In this document: positions 28,880 to 37,717 of the stretch, in pieces
How positions within the stretch are numbered: position 1 is the first letter of the stretch
Layout of the letters: each line of letters opens with the position of its first letter
Source: Thermomicrobiales bacterium
Lineage (GTDB): Bacteria; Chloroflexota; Chloroflexia; Thermomicrobiales; UBA6265
NCBI GenBank assembly: GCA_042408955.1
Contig: JBHOQQ010000172.1
Span: 12,798 to 76,797, forward strand
Length of the DNA: 64,000 nt
Reading direction: 5' to 3'
Position numbers and translations under genes: made by a program
Notes under the pieces: generated by a model
Seen by the model: the letters and a program-made list of their open reading frames with translations, nothing else
Databases searched by the model: none
Told to the model about the DNA's origin: nothing

Positions 28880-29878
28880 TCATTCCAACTCGATCTGCTC
28901 GACCGCTTCTCGGGCAGCATGGAGCCACCGCTCGTCCGTGTCGTCCGGCACTGAGCAGCCGTTCGCGAGGATGAATTTCCGTCCACCTGTCTGCGCAACG
29001 GCGTCGCGCGCTTCCTCAAGGATTTTTTCTTCCGGACCGTTAGAGAGAGCGCCGAATTCGTGCCAGCCGCCCATCAAGCACTTGCTCGTCTTCGTCCGAG
29101 CCTCGCGCAAGCTGGGGCCAGCGAGACGGTCTGACCAATTCAAGACCTGCACGGGATAATCGAGGATCAGGTCGAACATCAGATCGCGGTCTCCATGAAT
29201 GTGGAGCACGTTCAGCCAGCCGTTGATCGCTCCCTGTAGAGCGATCAGGTCGTAGGGCCGGCCGAATTCCCGGTACTGCTCCTCGGTCATGATCGCGCGA
29301 GAGCAGCCGTGCAGGGCAAGAAAGACGCCGTCGGCGCCGGCCGCGATCACATCCCGAATGTGCTCCCGCAGGTTTTCGGCGATCGTCGCAAGCGCTTCAT
29401 GCACCACCGCCGGCGCCTGCTGAGCATGCTCGAAGAAGTGCTCGCGTTCACCGGCGAAATAGAGCGCTTCACAAAGTGGGCTAAAGACCGTGACGATGAT
29501 CGGGGTATCGAAGCCAAGCTCATCGCGCAGCACGCGAACGCATTCGGCGCGTTGCTGGAAGAAGCGCGACCGCTCAGCATTGATCGGCTCGATTAATCTC
29601 CAACCGTCGATGCTCTGGATCGACCGCCGGGGGAACGGATACGGGATATCCGGCATGACCTTGACGATGTCGAGGTCAAACGTCTCATCGAAGAAACGGA
29701 GAGAAGCCTCCGCGAGCTTGCGACCCGAGCCTTCTGGCCGGAAGTGATGCCAGAAGCAGACGGGAAGTCGGTCGACGGGTTCGCCACGTACGGCCGCCAT
29801 AACGCGCTCGGTTCGCGTCATTTCCGAGAACCGGAAGCTCGTGCCGGAAATCGTCCCCTCACTTGACCGGGCCGTCAT
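28880..29878 (-). CDS. Uroporphyrinogen decarboxylase (URO-D) family protein, MtaA/CmuA-like
   Basis: MTRTERVMAAVRGEPVDRLPVCFWHHF...DIVKVMPD...ADGVFLALHG...NVLHIHG...ILANGCSVP. AAGGAG lies 6 nt upstream of ATG 29878. Confidence 0.75.
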   Translation of the reverse strand: MTARSSEGTISGTSFRFSEMTRTERVMAAVRGEPVDRLPVCFWHHFRPEGSGRKLAEASLRFFDETFDLDIVKVMPDIPYPFPRRSIQSIDGWRLIEPINAERSRFFQQRAECVRVLRDELGFDTPIIVTVFSPLCEALYFAGEREHFFEHAQQAPAVVHEALATIAENLREHIRDVIAAGADGVFLALHGCSRAIMTEEQYREFGRPYDLIALQGAINGWLNVLHIHGDRDLMFDLILDYPVQVLNWSDRLAGPSLREARTKTSKCLMGGWHEFGALSNGPEEKILEEARDAVAQTGGRKFILANGCSVPDDTDERWLHAAREAVEQIELE

Positions 29879-29953
29879 GCGTCACTCCTTGTGCTGCGCT
29901 GCTCCGAGCGGCGGTGTTTTGCCGGCTGTGTGCACGATTCACGGGCAGCAATG

Positions 29954-31243
29954 CTAGCACGCGGTCTCGCTCGCGCGCTCGGGCGCGGCAGCGGGCACCG
30001 CGGAAGGAGCGATCGTGGGTAGCCGGGGAAAGACGCCGAGGATCCAGGCAACCGACAAGAGATAGCCCGCGACGCCGACGCTGAAGGCAGCACCGAACCC
30101 AGCGTCGTCTTGGAGCCGCCCGCTGAGCGCCGCGGCGAAGAAGGAAGCCACGCTCCAGAGCATGGCATATAGCCCGCTAAATGGAGTCCGTTGCTCGGCT
30201 GGTAGTCGCTCCATCGCCTCGGTGACAAAGGTCGCCTCGGTGCCGTCGACGATCGCGTAGTAGCCCAGCATCAACGCGATGACCACAAGCGCGCCCACGC
30301 CGCTGAAGCACAACACGATGAGCGCCGCTCCAATCGAGCGGAACATGCCGATTGTGCGCAGATTTCCCAGCCGCCCGGCAAAGCCTGGAACAAAGAGCGC
30401 CCCAACTCCTCCCGCGAGGGCAAGAACGAACATCGTTGTGCCGATGGCCCCAGATGAGAGGTTGTGGTGGTCTTGGAAATAGAGCGCCAGGAAGGGGCGA
30501 ATGGAATTGTGGCCGAGCGCCATGCCGATTTCCGGCGTGGCGAGCAGGAACAGGATGGCCCAGACGCGCCGGTCAAGCGTCAGGCTTCGGCGCACGAGCC
30601 TGGGCGCACTTGGGCGGTGAGGCTGCTGCTGGGGCATGTCAGGCACGGTGCCATAGACCAGCGTTTGCGCGAGATCGAGCGCTGCGATCACGACCATCGT
30701 TGCCGCCAATGCTTCAGAACGGCTGAATCCTGTCGCTTTGACGAGGGCAGCCGGGATCCAGCCGCCCAATCCACCACCAATCGCGAATCCGGCGGTAACG
30801 AGCGAGAACTTGAGGGCGAATACATGAGCGCGGCGGTGACTCGGCGTCGTGGCTGCGAGCAGCGGATCGCCCAAAATCCAGAAGGTGGCACTGACCATGC
30901 CAGAGAGCAATGCGCCGGCAAACGACAAGGCGAAGCTGGTCCCCGTCGTTGCAAGGAGCACCATCTGGCCGGCGGCGCTCACCAACGTTCCGGCGATCAG
31001 CAAGGATCGCGCGTGCCCGCGGCTGCCGAGCGTGGTGATCGGCACGCCAAAGATGAACAGAGACAGGGAGGCGGCACCAACGAGCCAGCCAATCTGGCGC
31101 GCGTCGTACCCGCGGTCGCTTGCGAATAGCGGGAAGGCGACGCTGAACATCAAGATGCGGATGGCGTAGAGGCTCCCACCGGTGAGAAATCGCCGTCCCA
31201 CCGGGCCGGTTGCGCGCCACGTATCGCGATAGTCACCGAGCAC
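29954..31243 (-). CDS. MFS transporter
   Basis: About 12 hydrophobic segments, with Gly/Ala-rich helices and MFS-like loops (GSRGHARSLL; GRLGNLRTIG). GTG start. Confidence 0.8.
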   Translation of the reverse strand: MLGDYRDTWRATGPVGRRFLTGGSLYAIRILMFSVAFPLFASDRGYDARQIGWLVGAASLSLFIFGVPITTLGSRGHARSLLIAGTLVSAAGQMVLLATTGTSFALSFAGALLSGMVSATFWILGDPLLAATTPSHRRAHVFALKFSLVTAGFAIGGGLGGWIPAALVKATGFSRSEALAATMVVIAALDLAQTLVYGTVPDMPQQQPHRPSAPRLVRRSLTLDRRVWAILFLLATPEIGMALGHNSIRPFLALYFQDHHNLSSGAIGTTMFVLALAGGVGALFVPGFAGRLGNLRTIGMFRSIGAALIVLCFSGVGALVVIALMLGYYAIVDGTEATFVTEAMERLPAEQRTPFSGLYAMLWSVASFFAAALSGRLQDDAGFGAAFSVGVAGYLLSVAWILGVFPRLPTIAPSAVPAAAPERASETAC

Positions 31244-31277
31244 GCTATCCTCTTCCGGCAGGCACTGAGCTTCACGC

Positions 31278-32294
31278 TCAGCAGCAGGTTAGGGTGAGGC
31301 CCACCCGCTCGCGGACTTGCTCCATCTTGCGCGCGGCCATAACCCGTGCGCGCTCGGCTCCTTCCTGCAACACGCGCAAGGCGACGCTCGGATCCTCGTT
31401 CAAGTCCGCAATGCGCTGCTGGATAGGGCGGATAGCTTCGACAAGCACCTCGGCAAGGTCTTGCTTGAATACGCCATACCCCTTGCCGGCGTAACGCTGC
31501 TCCAGTTCGGGGATACTGATGCCAGAGAACAGGGAATAGATGGTGAGGAGATTGGTGAGCGCGGGCTTATCTGGCCCGGCGACGACCTCGGTGCCGGAGT
31601 CGGTGACCGCGCGCCGAATTTTGCGGCGAATGGTATCCGGATCATCCGTGAGCGCGATGTAGCTGTTGGGGCTCCCGGCACTCTTGCTCATCTTCTTGGT
31701 TGGATCGTCGAGCGCCATGATGCGCGCGCCTTCTGGCTTGATGTCAGCCTCAGGGATGACAAAGGTTTCACCGTACCGAGCGTTGAAGCGCTGCGCAATG
31801 TCGCGCGTCAGCTCGATGTGCTGCTTTTGGTCCTCTCCGACCGGCACCAGGTCGGTGTCGTACAGGATGATGTCGGCGGCTTGCAGCACCGGATAACTGA
31901 ACAAGCCTGCTGACACCTGCTCCTCTTTCCCGGCGGCTTTATCTTTGAATTGAGTCATCCGCCGCAGCTCGCCGAACATTGTCACGCTGTTGAGGATCCA
32001 GCACAGCTCGCTGTGCTCGCGGACGTCTGATTGCACAAACAGCACGGATCGCTGTGGGTCAATACCCGTGGCCAGCAGCGTGTTGGCCATCGCAATCGTA
32101 TTGGCGCACAACGTGTCGCGCGTTGTCGGCACTGTGATGGCGTGAAGATTGACGATGCAAAAGATGTTATCGTAGAGATCCTGCTGGTTGACCCAATTGC
32201 GGATCGCTCCGAGGTAATTACCGATATGGCTCACGCCCGATGGCTGAATGCCAGAAAAGACGCGCTTGCGCCGTGGGGTCTGCACGTCCTCCAT
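31278..32294 (-). CDS. trpS: Tryptophan--tRNA ligase
   Basis: RVFSGIQPSGVSHIGNYLGAI (HIGH-type motif), DLVPVGEDQKQHIELTRDIA and KMSKS. Confidence 0.95.
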   Translation of the reverse strand: MEDVQTPRRKRVFSGIQPSGVSHIGNYLGAIRNWVNQQDLYDNIFCIVNLHAITVPTTRDTLCANTIAMANTLLATGIDPQRSVLFVQSDVREHSELCWILNSVTMFGELRRMTQFKDKAAGKEEQVSAGLFSYPVLQAADIILYDTDLVPVGEDQKQHIELTRDIAQRFNARYGETFVIPEADIKPEGARIMALDDPTKKMSKSAGSPNSYIALTDDPDTIRRKIRRAVTDSGTEVVAGPDKPALTNLLTIYSLFSGISIPELEQRYAGKGYGVFKQDLAEVLVEAIRPIQQRIADLNEDPSVALRVLQEGAERARVMAARKMEQVRERVGLTLTCC

Positions 32295-32422
32295 ACGATT
32301 CCTACTTTCTCTCTTCGATCAGGTTGCGTCTAACAGGCAATACCCGCAACGGGAGCAGACGCCTCCGCCCGTCCCAAGATGATGTTCTGGACATCACGGC
32401 CTCTGCCGGCATCCAGGGACGG

Positions 32423-32428
32423 ATTATA
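32423..32428 (-). promoter_or_regulatory. Candidate -10 box (TATAAT) for trpS
   Basis: A perfect TATAAT on the minus strand 128 nt upstream of the trpS ATG. The downstream leader contains the helices CCGTCCC...GGGACGG and GCGTCT...AGACGC. The -35 is poor. Confidence 0.3.
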
Positions 32429-32575
32429 CCCGCGAGGCGCCGAAAGATTGCCCAGGTAACCGCGCTGGTGCGACGCGCTCATCGCCGAGGGTGGACTGAA
32501 GTGCTGGCGTGCGGGCCAAAGCAGTCCGCTCTCGGGGCTGCGAGGGCGATGCAGGTGACTTGAGTGACTCGATGG

Positions 32576-32938
32576 CTATTCGTCGTCGCTCTCGTCGGTG
32601 GAGCAATCCTCGGGCGAGAGCCAGCGCGTGCCGAAGTCGCGCATGCTGTCAATAACCGGCAGCAAAGCGTACCCCTTTTCAGTCAGCGAGTATTCCACCC
32701 GGGGCGGCACTTCCGCGTAACAATGCCGCTCGATCACCTGCGCCTCTTCGAGCCGCTTGTGCCGCTCGGAAAGGGTCTTGGGGCTGATGCCGTGTAATGA
32801 GCGCTCAAGCTCGCTAAAGCGGCGTTGCCCCTGGGCTAGGTCGCGCACAATAAGCGGGGTCCACTTGTTGCCGATAATCTGAGCCGTCCGTGCGACTGGG
32901 CAGCCAAGCGTTTGTGGTGACTCAAGTGATTGCTTCAT
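32576..32938 (-). CDS. HxlR-family winged-helix transcriptional regulator
   Basis: CPVARTAQIIGNKWTPLIVRDLAQGQRRFSELERSLHGISPKTLSERHKRLEEAQVIERHCYAEVPPRVEYSLTEKG. The ORF extends to 33184; ATG 32938 fits the family size (120 aa). Confidence 0.85.
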   Translation of the reverse strand: MKQSLESPQTLGCPVARTAQIIGNKWTPLIVRDLAQGQRRFSELERSLHGISPKTLSERHKRLEEAQVIERHCYAEVPPRVEYSLTEKGYALLPVIDSMRDFGTRWLSPEDCSTDESDDE

Positions 32939-33134
32939 GCGAGTGCCGTGCCTCTTGGGTTGCGGGTCACGATCGCGCTGGTGAGAGACGAAGACCCTAC
33001 GGCTCTCCATAACTATCAAAAGCATAGCATGGCAGGAATGCCGGGTAAAGGCGCGGCCAGCGCGGCCGGTGGTATGATCCCGCCGAGCGACCAATCGAGG
33101 CAAAGGAGGGTGGGGAGAACCCTGAGGGAGAGCA

Positions 33135-34709
33135 ATGGCGAACAGTTCGTCGTACGATGCGGTGATCGTTGGCGGCGGGCACAATGGCCTGGTGGCCGCG
33201 TGTTATCTCGCCGGAGCGGGGCTCAACGTCTGTGTCGTTGAGCGGTACAAAGAATTCGGGGGCGCGGCAATTTCCGAAGAGATCGTGCCGGGCTTCATCT
33301 TTTCCGTGGGCTCGTACGTCCTCTCGCTTGCGCCGCGCAAAATCCTTGATGATCTGAATCTCTGGGCGGAAGGCTTGGAATTTGTCGAGCGCAACCCGCG
33401 CTTCTTTGCGCCGTTTCCTGATGGCTCGTCTCTCACCTATTGGAACGATCACGAGCGCTGGCTGGAGGACTTGCGCCGCATCTCGCCGAAAGACGCCGCG
33501 GCATGGGATTACTACGATGCGATGCTGGAGCGTGCCTGCCAAGTCATGGATAAGTACATCCTCCGGCGGCCGCCCTCGTGGGCAGAAGTCGCGGCCGAGT
33601 TCCAAACGCCCGAGGATAAGCTGATCTTTCAGAAGTTCTATCTTGGCTCCGCCGCGGATATTGCGGAGTATTTCTTCGACAGCGAGCAAGTGCAAGCGGT
33701 CGTCGCGGCCTCCGGCATCATCGGCACGTTCCGTGGCCCGCGCGACGCCGGAACCGGCTACGTCAAGCTCTATCACTCGATGGGTATGTCGACTGGCCAT
33801 CGAGGCCGGTGGACGTACCTGCGTGGGGCAATGGGCGCGTTCTCTCGGGCGCTGGCAAACGTGGCTCGCAAGCGGGGCGCGACGATCCGGACCGGCGCGG
33901 ATGTGGCGCAGATCAGCATTCGCGATGGCCGGGCCACAGGCGTTGTGCTCACGAACGGCGAAGAAATCTCCGCCAAGGTGGTACTGTCGAACGCTGATCC
34001 CAAGCGCACCTACCTTCAGCTTGTTCCTGAATCGGAGCTACCGGCAGATTACCGGCGCATGATCGAGGCGATTCAGATCGAAAGCCCGGTGATGAAGATC
34101 AACATGGCTGTCAGAGAGCTTCCGAAATTCGTCGCGCTAGGCGATGATCCAGAAAAGCAGCGGCAAGGCAGCACCGGTGGGCTGTTCATCGCGCCGAGCA
34201 TTGATTACATGCAGCGAGCCTTCGAGGATGCGCGCAATGGCAGGCCGGCGGCGCATCCGTTCATGAATATCCACATGCAGTCGGCGGTGGACCCATCCGT
34301 GGCGCCACCAGGCATGCATACGATCTCCATCTTCACCCAATACTTCCCTTATACCTTGGCCGAAGGGACGTGGGAGCAACGGCGAGACGAAATTGCCCAG
34401 CATGTGATTAAGGAATTCGGTCAGTACGCACCGAACATTCCAGACGCGATTGTCGGTATGCAGGTGCTGGCGCCACCCGATCTGGAAGCTCGCTTCGGCC
34501 TGACTGGAGGGCATATTTTCCACGGAGAACTCGTCCCCGAGCAGGCGTTTGATCTTCGGCCTGTGCCCGGGAGCTCCAGCTACGAAGGGCCGATCAAGGG
34601 CCTGTATCTCTGCGGGTCTGGTGCCTGGCCAGGCGGTTGTGTCATGGGCGCTCCGGGTCACAATGCCGCGCACGAGATCATCGAGCGCTGGCGGGACGTA
34701 CGTCCCTGA
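33135..34709 (+). CDS. FAD-dependent oxidoreductase, phytoene-desaturase (CrtI/COG1233) family
   Basis: YDAVIVGGGHNGLVAACYLAGAGLNVCVVERYKEFGGAA dinucleotide-binding N-terminus, and a C-terminal GLYLCGSGAWPGGCVMGAPGHNAA. Confidence 0.8.
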   Translation: MANSSSYDAVIVGGGHNGLVAACYLAGAGLNVCVVERYKEFGGAAISEEIVPGFIFSVGSYVLSLAPRKILDDLNLWAEGLEFVERNPRFFAPFPDGSSLTYWNDHERWLEDLRRISPKDAAAWDYYDAMLERACQVMDKYILRRPPSWAEVAAEFQTPEDKLIFQKFYLGSAADIAEYFFDSEQVQAVVAASGIIGTFRGPRDAGTGYVKLYHSMGMSTGHRGRWTYLRGAMGAFSRALANVARKRGATIRTGADVAQISIRDGRATGVVLTNGEEISAKVVLSNADPKRTYLQLVPESELPADYRRMIEAIQIESPVMKINMAVRELPKFVALGDDPEKQRQGSTGGLFIAPSIDYMQRAFEDARNGRPAAHPFMNIHMQSAVDPSVAPPGMHTISIFTQYFPYTLAEGTWEQRRDEIAQHVIKEFGQYAPNIPDAIVGMQVLAPPDLEARFGLTGGHIFHGELVPEQAFDLRPVPGSSSYEGPIKGLYLCGSGAWPGGCVMGAPGHNAAHEIIERWRDVRP

Positions 34710-34802
34710 GCCAAATCTCACGCATCGGCCAGGCACGGGCCGGTTGACGCGCACCGTGCCTGGCGTGCCAAAGATGATCCAGGTTGACGCGGGAGGACGG
34801 TA

Positions 34803-35657
34803 GTGAAAGTTCTGATCTCAGCGGACATGGAAGGAACGTGCGGCGTTGTCTCCTGGGTGCAGGTGATGCCTCCGGAGGAAGGCGAGCACCCATCGTCGCA
34901 AGTCGAGTATGACCGGGCGCGCTTGCGCATGACGCGCGAGGTGAACGCGGCGATTGAGGGGGCAATAGCTGGTGGCGCGGATGAAGTCATCGTCAACGAC
35001 AGCCACGACGGGATGCGGAACCTCATTCCGGAGGAGCTCCATCCCGCCTGCCGGTGGATCAGCGGCAATGACAAGCCGCTCGGCATGATGCAGGGGGTAG
35101 ATCTTGAGGGAATCGGGGCTGTGCTCTACAAGGGATACCATGCGAAGGCGGGCACACCGAACGCTCCGCTTGCCCATACCTGGTCAGGTTGGATCAACGA
35201 CGTTCGCATCAATGGTCGCTCGACGGGAGAGTTTGGCATCAACGCGGCGATTGCCGGGCACTTCGGCGTGCCGGTGGTGTTTGTCAGCGGGGATGCGCGG
35301 GCGGTGGAGCAAACGCGCGCGTGGATCGGCGACCATGTCACTGGCATCGCGGTGAAAGAGGGACTGAGCACCTTCGCCGCGCTTCACCTGCATCCGGCGC
35401 GGGCGCAGGAGCTGATTCGGCAAGGGGCAGAAGCTGCGGTGCGGGGCGCCAGGCAGGCAAAGCCGTGGGTGCTGCCTGGTGGGAGCGTCGTTGAAGTTGA
35501 ATTCGACCACCAAGCGCGAGCCGATCAGGCATCGCTGGTGCCAGGTGTCCGGCGAGCAGGGGAGCGGTGCGTGGCGTTCGAGCCAGCGGATGGCGTGGAT
35601 CTCATCCGCATCTTCCGTGCGGTCGCCAAGACCGCCGCGATTCGCATGTCGCCGTAG
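34803..35657 (+). CDS. M55-family D-aminopeptidase (Bacillus DppA-like)
   Basis: MKVLISADMEGTCGVVSW...LMTREVNAAIEGA...VIVNDSHDGMRN...GYHAKAGT...VVFVSGD. GTG start. Confidence 0.85.
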   Translation: MKVLISADMEGTCGVVSWVQVMPPEEGEHPSSQVEYDRARLRMTREVNAAIEGAIAGGADEVIVNDSHDGMRNLIPEELHPACRWISGNDKPLGMMQGVDLEGIGAVLYKGYHAKAGTPNAPLAHTWSGWINDVRINGRSTGEFGINAAIAGHFGVPVVFVSGDARAVEQTRAWIGDHVTGIAVKEGLSTFAALHLHPARAQELIRQGAEAAVRGARQAKPWVLPGGSVVEVEFDHQARADQASLVPGVRRAGERCVAFEPADGVDLIRIFRAVAKTAAIRMSP

Positions 35658-35750
35658 CCACGTGTAACGTGCCCGATGACCTGGGCAGCCGGTACCGACT
35701 GCGATGACGCGGCTGCTTCTGCGGTTGCGAGCCGCTCGGTCCGGCAGTGA

Positions 35751-35801
35751 CTTGAGCGATTCGTCGGCTTCGCCACTCCCGCACTGGCGCGAACGGAATG
35801 G
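35751..35801 (-). repeat. Inverted copy of the ~47-nt intergenic repeat unit
   Basis: The minus strand reads CCATTCCGTTCGCGCCAGTGCGGGAGTGGCGAAGCCGACGAATCGCTC. Compare GTCATTCCGTTCGCGATAGCGCGGGAGTGCGAAGCGAGGAATCTCTC at 58638-58684. It lies in a 366-nt gap between convergent genes. Confidence 0.75.
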
Positions 35802-36023
35802 CGGTGCTGTGTGTCGCGAGAAAAGGATGCCGGGGGCTTCCGCGCTCTCCCGCCTCCCCGCCGGTGAGCGTCACCCGTCGATTGCCGGGCCGGCGGATGG
35901 CGAAATCCCGCGGGCAGGTTCCGTGACCCATCACACGGGGACCGCTGCGTTGCGGCGAGGGTTGCAACGATGGCTTGCGCCAGGCGGATGCCGCGGGGTG
36001 CGCGATCGTGACCGGATGGGACG

Positions 36024-37202
36024 TCACGCATCAATGGGGATCGACGCGCTGCTTTCGGCAGTCGCTTCCGGTTCGGACGTTGTCTCATGCGGCACCGAGG
36101 TGGGCGACGGCTCCGGCGTGGCAGTCGCAGTTGGCTCGGAACTGGCATCTGCCTCTTCCTCGACGACCACGGTGTCAGCCGGCGCGGAGGGCTCGTCAGC
36201 GGGCTCAGCTATCTCGGTTGCCTCTGTTGCGGTTGGCTCGGCCGTGACCTCTTCAACAGCCGTCTCATTCGCAGGCTCGTCTTCTTGGATTTCTGCCGCA
36301 TCGGGCTCTGTTTGACCTGGCTGGCTGGCAGCCGCAATTTGCATCTCTTCCACTGGGGTCGCTGCGCTGTCAACGACGTCGTCCAGTGAGGGAGACTCGG
36401 TTGCTGGCGCCGCTGGGCTCGGCGAGGCCAGCATCGTCCCGTCGGGCTGCTCGTCCGGGGAGGCTGTTTCTGGCTGCACGTCGGGAGCCGCGGTCGCTTC
36501 CGCAGATGCTGATGGTGTCGCCTCGATCGCTATGTCCGGCGTGGGCGGGGTCGTCTCCAATGTTGGCTCGGGGGACGTAGGGGCCGTCGGCGTCTCGGTG
36601 GGTTGGGTGGACACCCAATCCGGCGGAACCGCGTCGGCACCGGTTGCGGAGCCACCGATGGCGTCTCCGCCGCGAGCCGCCTGGCCGTCACTGCCGGTTG
36701 CCGAGACGCCAGTCACCGACGCGCCACGCACCGTCGTCTGCGTGATGCTCGACGCCTGCAGCGTGACGTCGATTTCAACGCCGACCGTCTGTCCATAGAC
36801 GGCCGATGGCACGCCGTTCCTTGGGATAAGCTCGACCTGCATTGGTACGTACCGCCCATTGCGGATCGGCAGGCTCACGCGCGCCGTGACGGTCAATGAG
36901 CCGTCGGTGGCGACGTCGTGATCCCCTTGGACCCAGCGAAACGCCTCGCCAAATCCGTTGAAGCCATCATCGACATAGACAAGCTCGTTGATAGTGCCGC
37001 GCGGAACGATCAGGTCAATCATGATCGGTCCGATGACGTCTGGAAGATCGTCGATCGGGATCGCGACCCAGATCTGGAGATCTTCGCCATTGACCCGGAC
37101 AATGGGATCCGATCGGCACCAACCCTTGCCGGCGCTGACCGGGATGCCTGTCAGCCAGAGGCTCAGCAGGATCACCAAGGTGAAAACGCCAGAGCGGCGC
37201 AT
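36024..37202 (-). CDS. Hypothetical secreted protein with ~220-aa acidic Pro/Thr/Ala/Glu-rich tail
   Basis: Signal peptide MRRSGVFTLVILLSLWLTGIPVSAG, a ~150-aa globular region, then low-complexity ...TQPTETPTAPTSPEPTLETTPPTPD...EEEADASSEPTATATPEPSP. TAAGGAGG sits upstream of the ATG. Confidence 0.6.
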   Translation of the reverse strand: MRRSGVFTLVILLSLWLTGIPVSAGKGWCRSDPIVRVNGEDLQIWVAIPIDDLPDVIGPIMIDLIVPRGTINELVYVDDGFNGFGEAFRWVQGDHDVATDGSLTVTARVSLPIRNGRYVPMQVELIPRNGVPSAVYGQTVGVEIDVTLQASSITQTTVRGASVTGVSATGSDGQAARGGDAIGGSATGADAVPPDWVSTQPTETPTAPTSPEPTLETTPPTPDIAIEATPSASAEATAAPDVQPETASPDEQPDGTMLASPSPAAPATESPSLDDVVDSAATPVEEMQIAAASQPGQTEPDAAEIQEDEPANETAVEEVTAEPTATEATEIAEPADEPSAPADTVVVEEEADASSEPTATATPEPSPTSVPHETTSEPEATAESSASIPIDA

Positions 37203-37440
37203 GGAGTGTCCTCCTTATAAACGATGATGAATGTAAGCGTGGTCGTCTTCGTTCGAACAGATTTTGTGCAAGGTGCGATGGCACGGTGCTTTGCAAACTC
37301 AACGGTTCCCAAGGCGATCATAGGGGCCTGGTGACATGCCGTCACTGACAAAAGCATGACTTTGGTCCTGTGCAAAAGGACAACAGTCGCGCGAGCACCT
37401 GAGACGAGGGGATGTGGATGACACGAGCGGAGACACACGC

Positions 37441-37680
37441 GATGTCAATGTCGCCCTTGGCGCGGGCCTCAAGACCCGCGTTCAAGCTACGAAGCCCCCA
37501 TAAGGTGGCTAGTGCGACATGATGGGTGGCAAGATCAGCCGGCTTTCGCCGGCTTTCTAGACTCAGCGCGGGGCGAACGTCCCCGCGCGATGGGACTGAG
37601 CCGTGTCCCGAGCAACGCGAGGAAGCCGGCCGTTAGACCCGCGCGGGAGGCGGCGTATCTGCCAATGGGCTCCAGCCCAT
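37441..37680. repeat. Mosaic cluster of GC-rich stem-loop repeats (same modules as 6325-6672 and 58788-58877)
   Basis: CGCGGG-N8-CCCGCG (37461-37480), AGCCGGC-TTTC-GCCGGCT (37537-37554), GCGCGGGG-N7-CCCCGCGC (37566-37588), GTCCCGAGCAACGCGAGGAAG (37605-37625), CCCGCGCGGG (37638-37647), ATGGGCT-CC-AGCCCAT (37665-37680). Confidence 0.75.
37665..37680 (-). terminator. Candidate stem-loop downstream of the amino-acid ABC operon
   Basis: ATGGGCT/AGCCCAT 7-bp stem about 38 nt after the ATPase stop (37718). No U-tract. Confidence 0.35.
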
Positions 37681-37717
37681 GAGGAAAGACACCGCGCTCA
37701 GTTCTGATTTCCCCGGG

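Noticed and set aside
32295-32575. Possible T-box riboswitch leader upstream of trpS (a long 5' region with helices and a UGG codon near a bulge).
   Set aside because: I could not find the conserved T-box sequence (AAnnnGGGTGGTACCGCG-like) on the sense strand, nor a terminator/antiterminator pair. The only GGTAACCGCG-like string is on the opposite strand. I kept only a low-confidence TATAAT promoter call.
35525-36315. ORFs 35704..36315 (+, 203 aa), 35525..36148 (-, 207 aa) and 35602..36027 (-, 141 aa) in the convergent gap, as candidate novel genes.
   Set aside because: Their translations are Arg/Ser/Pro-rich without motifs. They overlap one another and the neighbouring real genes. The interval contains a copy of the intergenic repeat unit.
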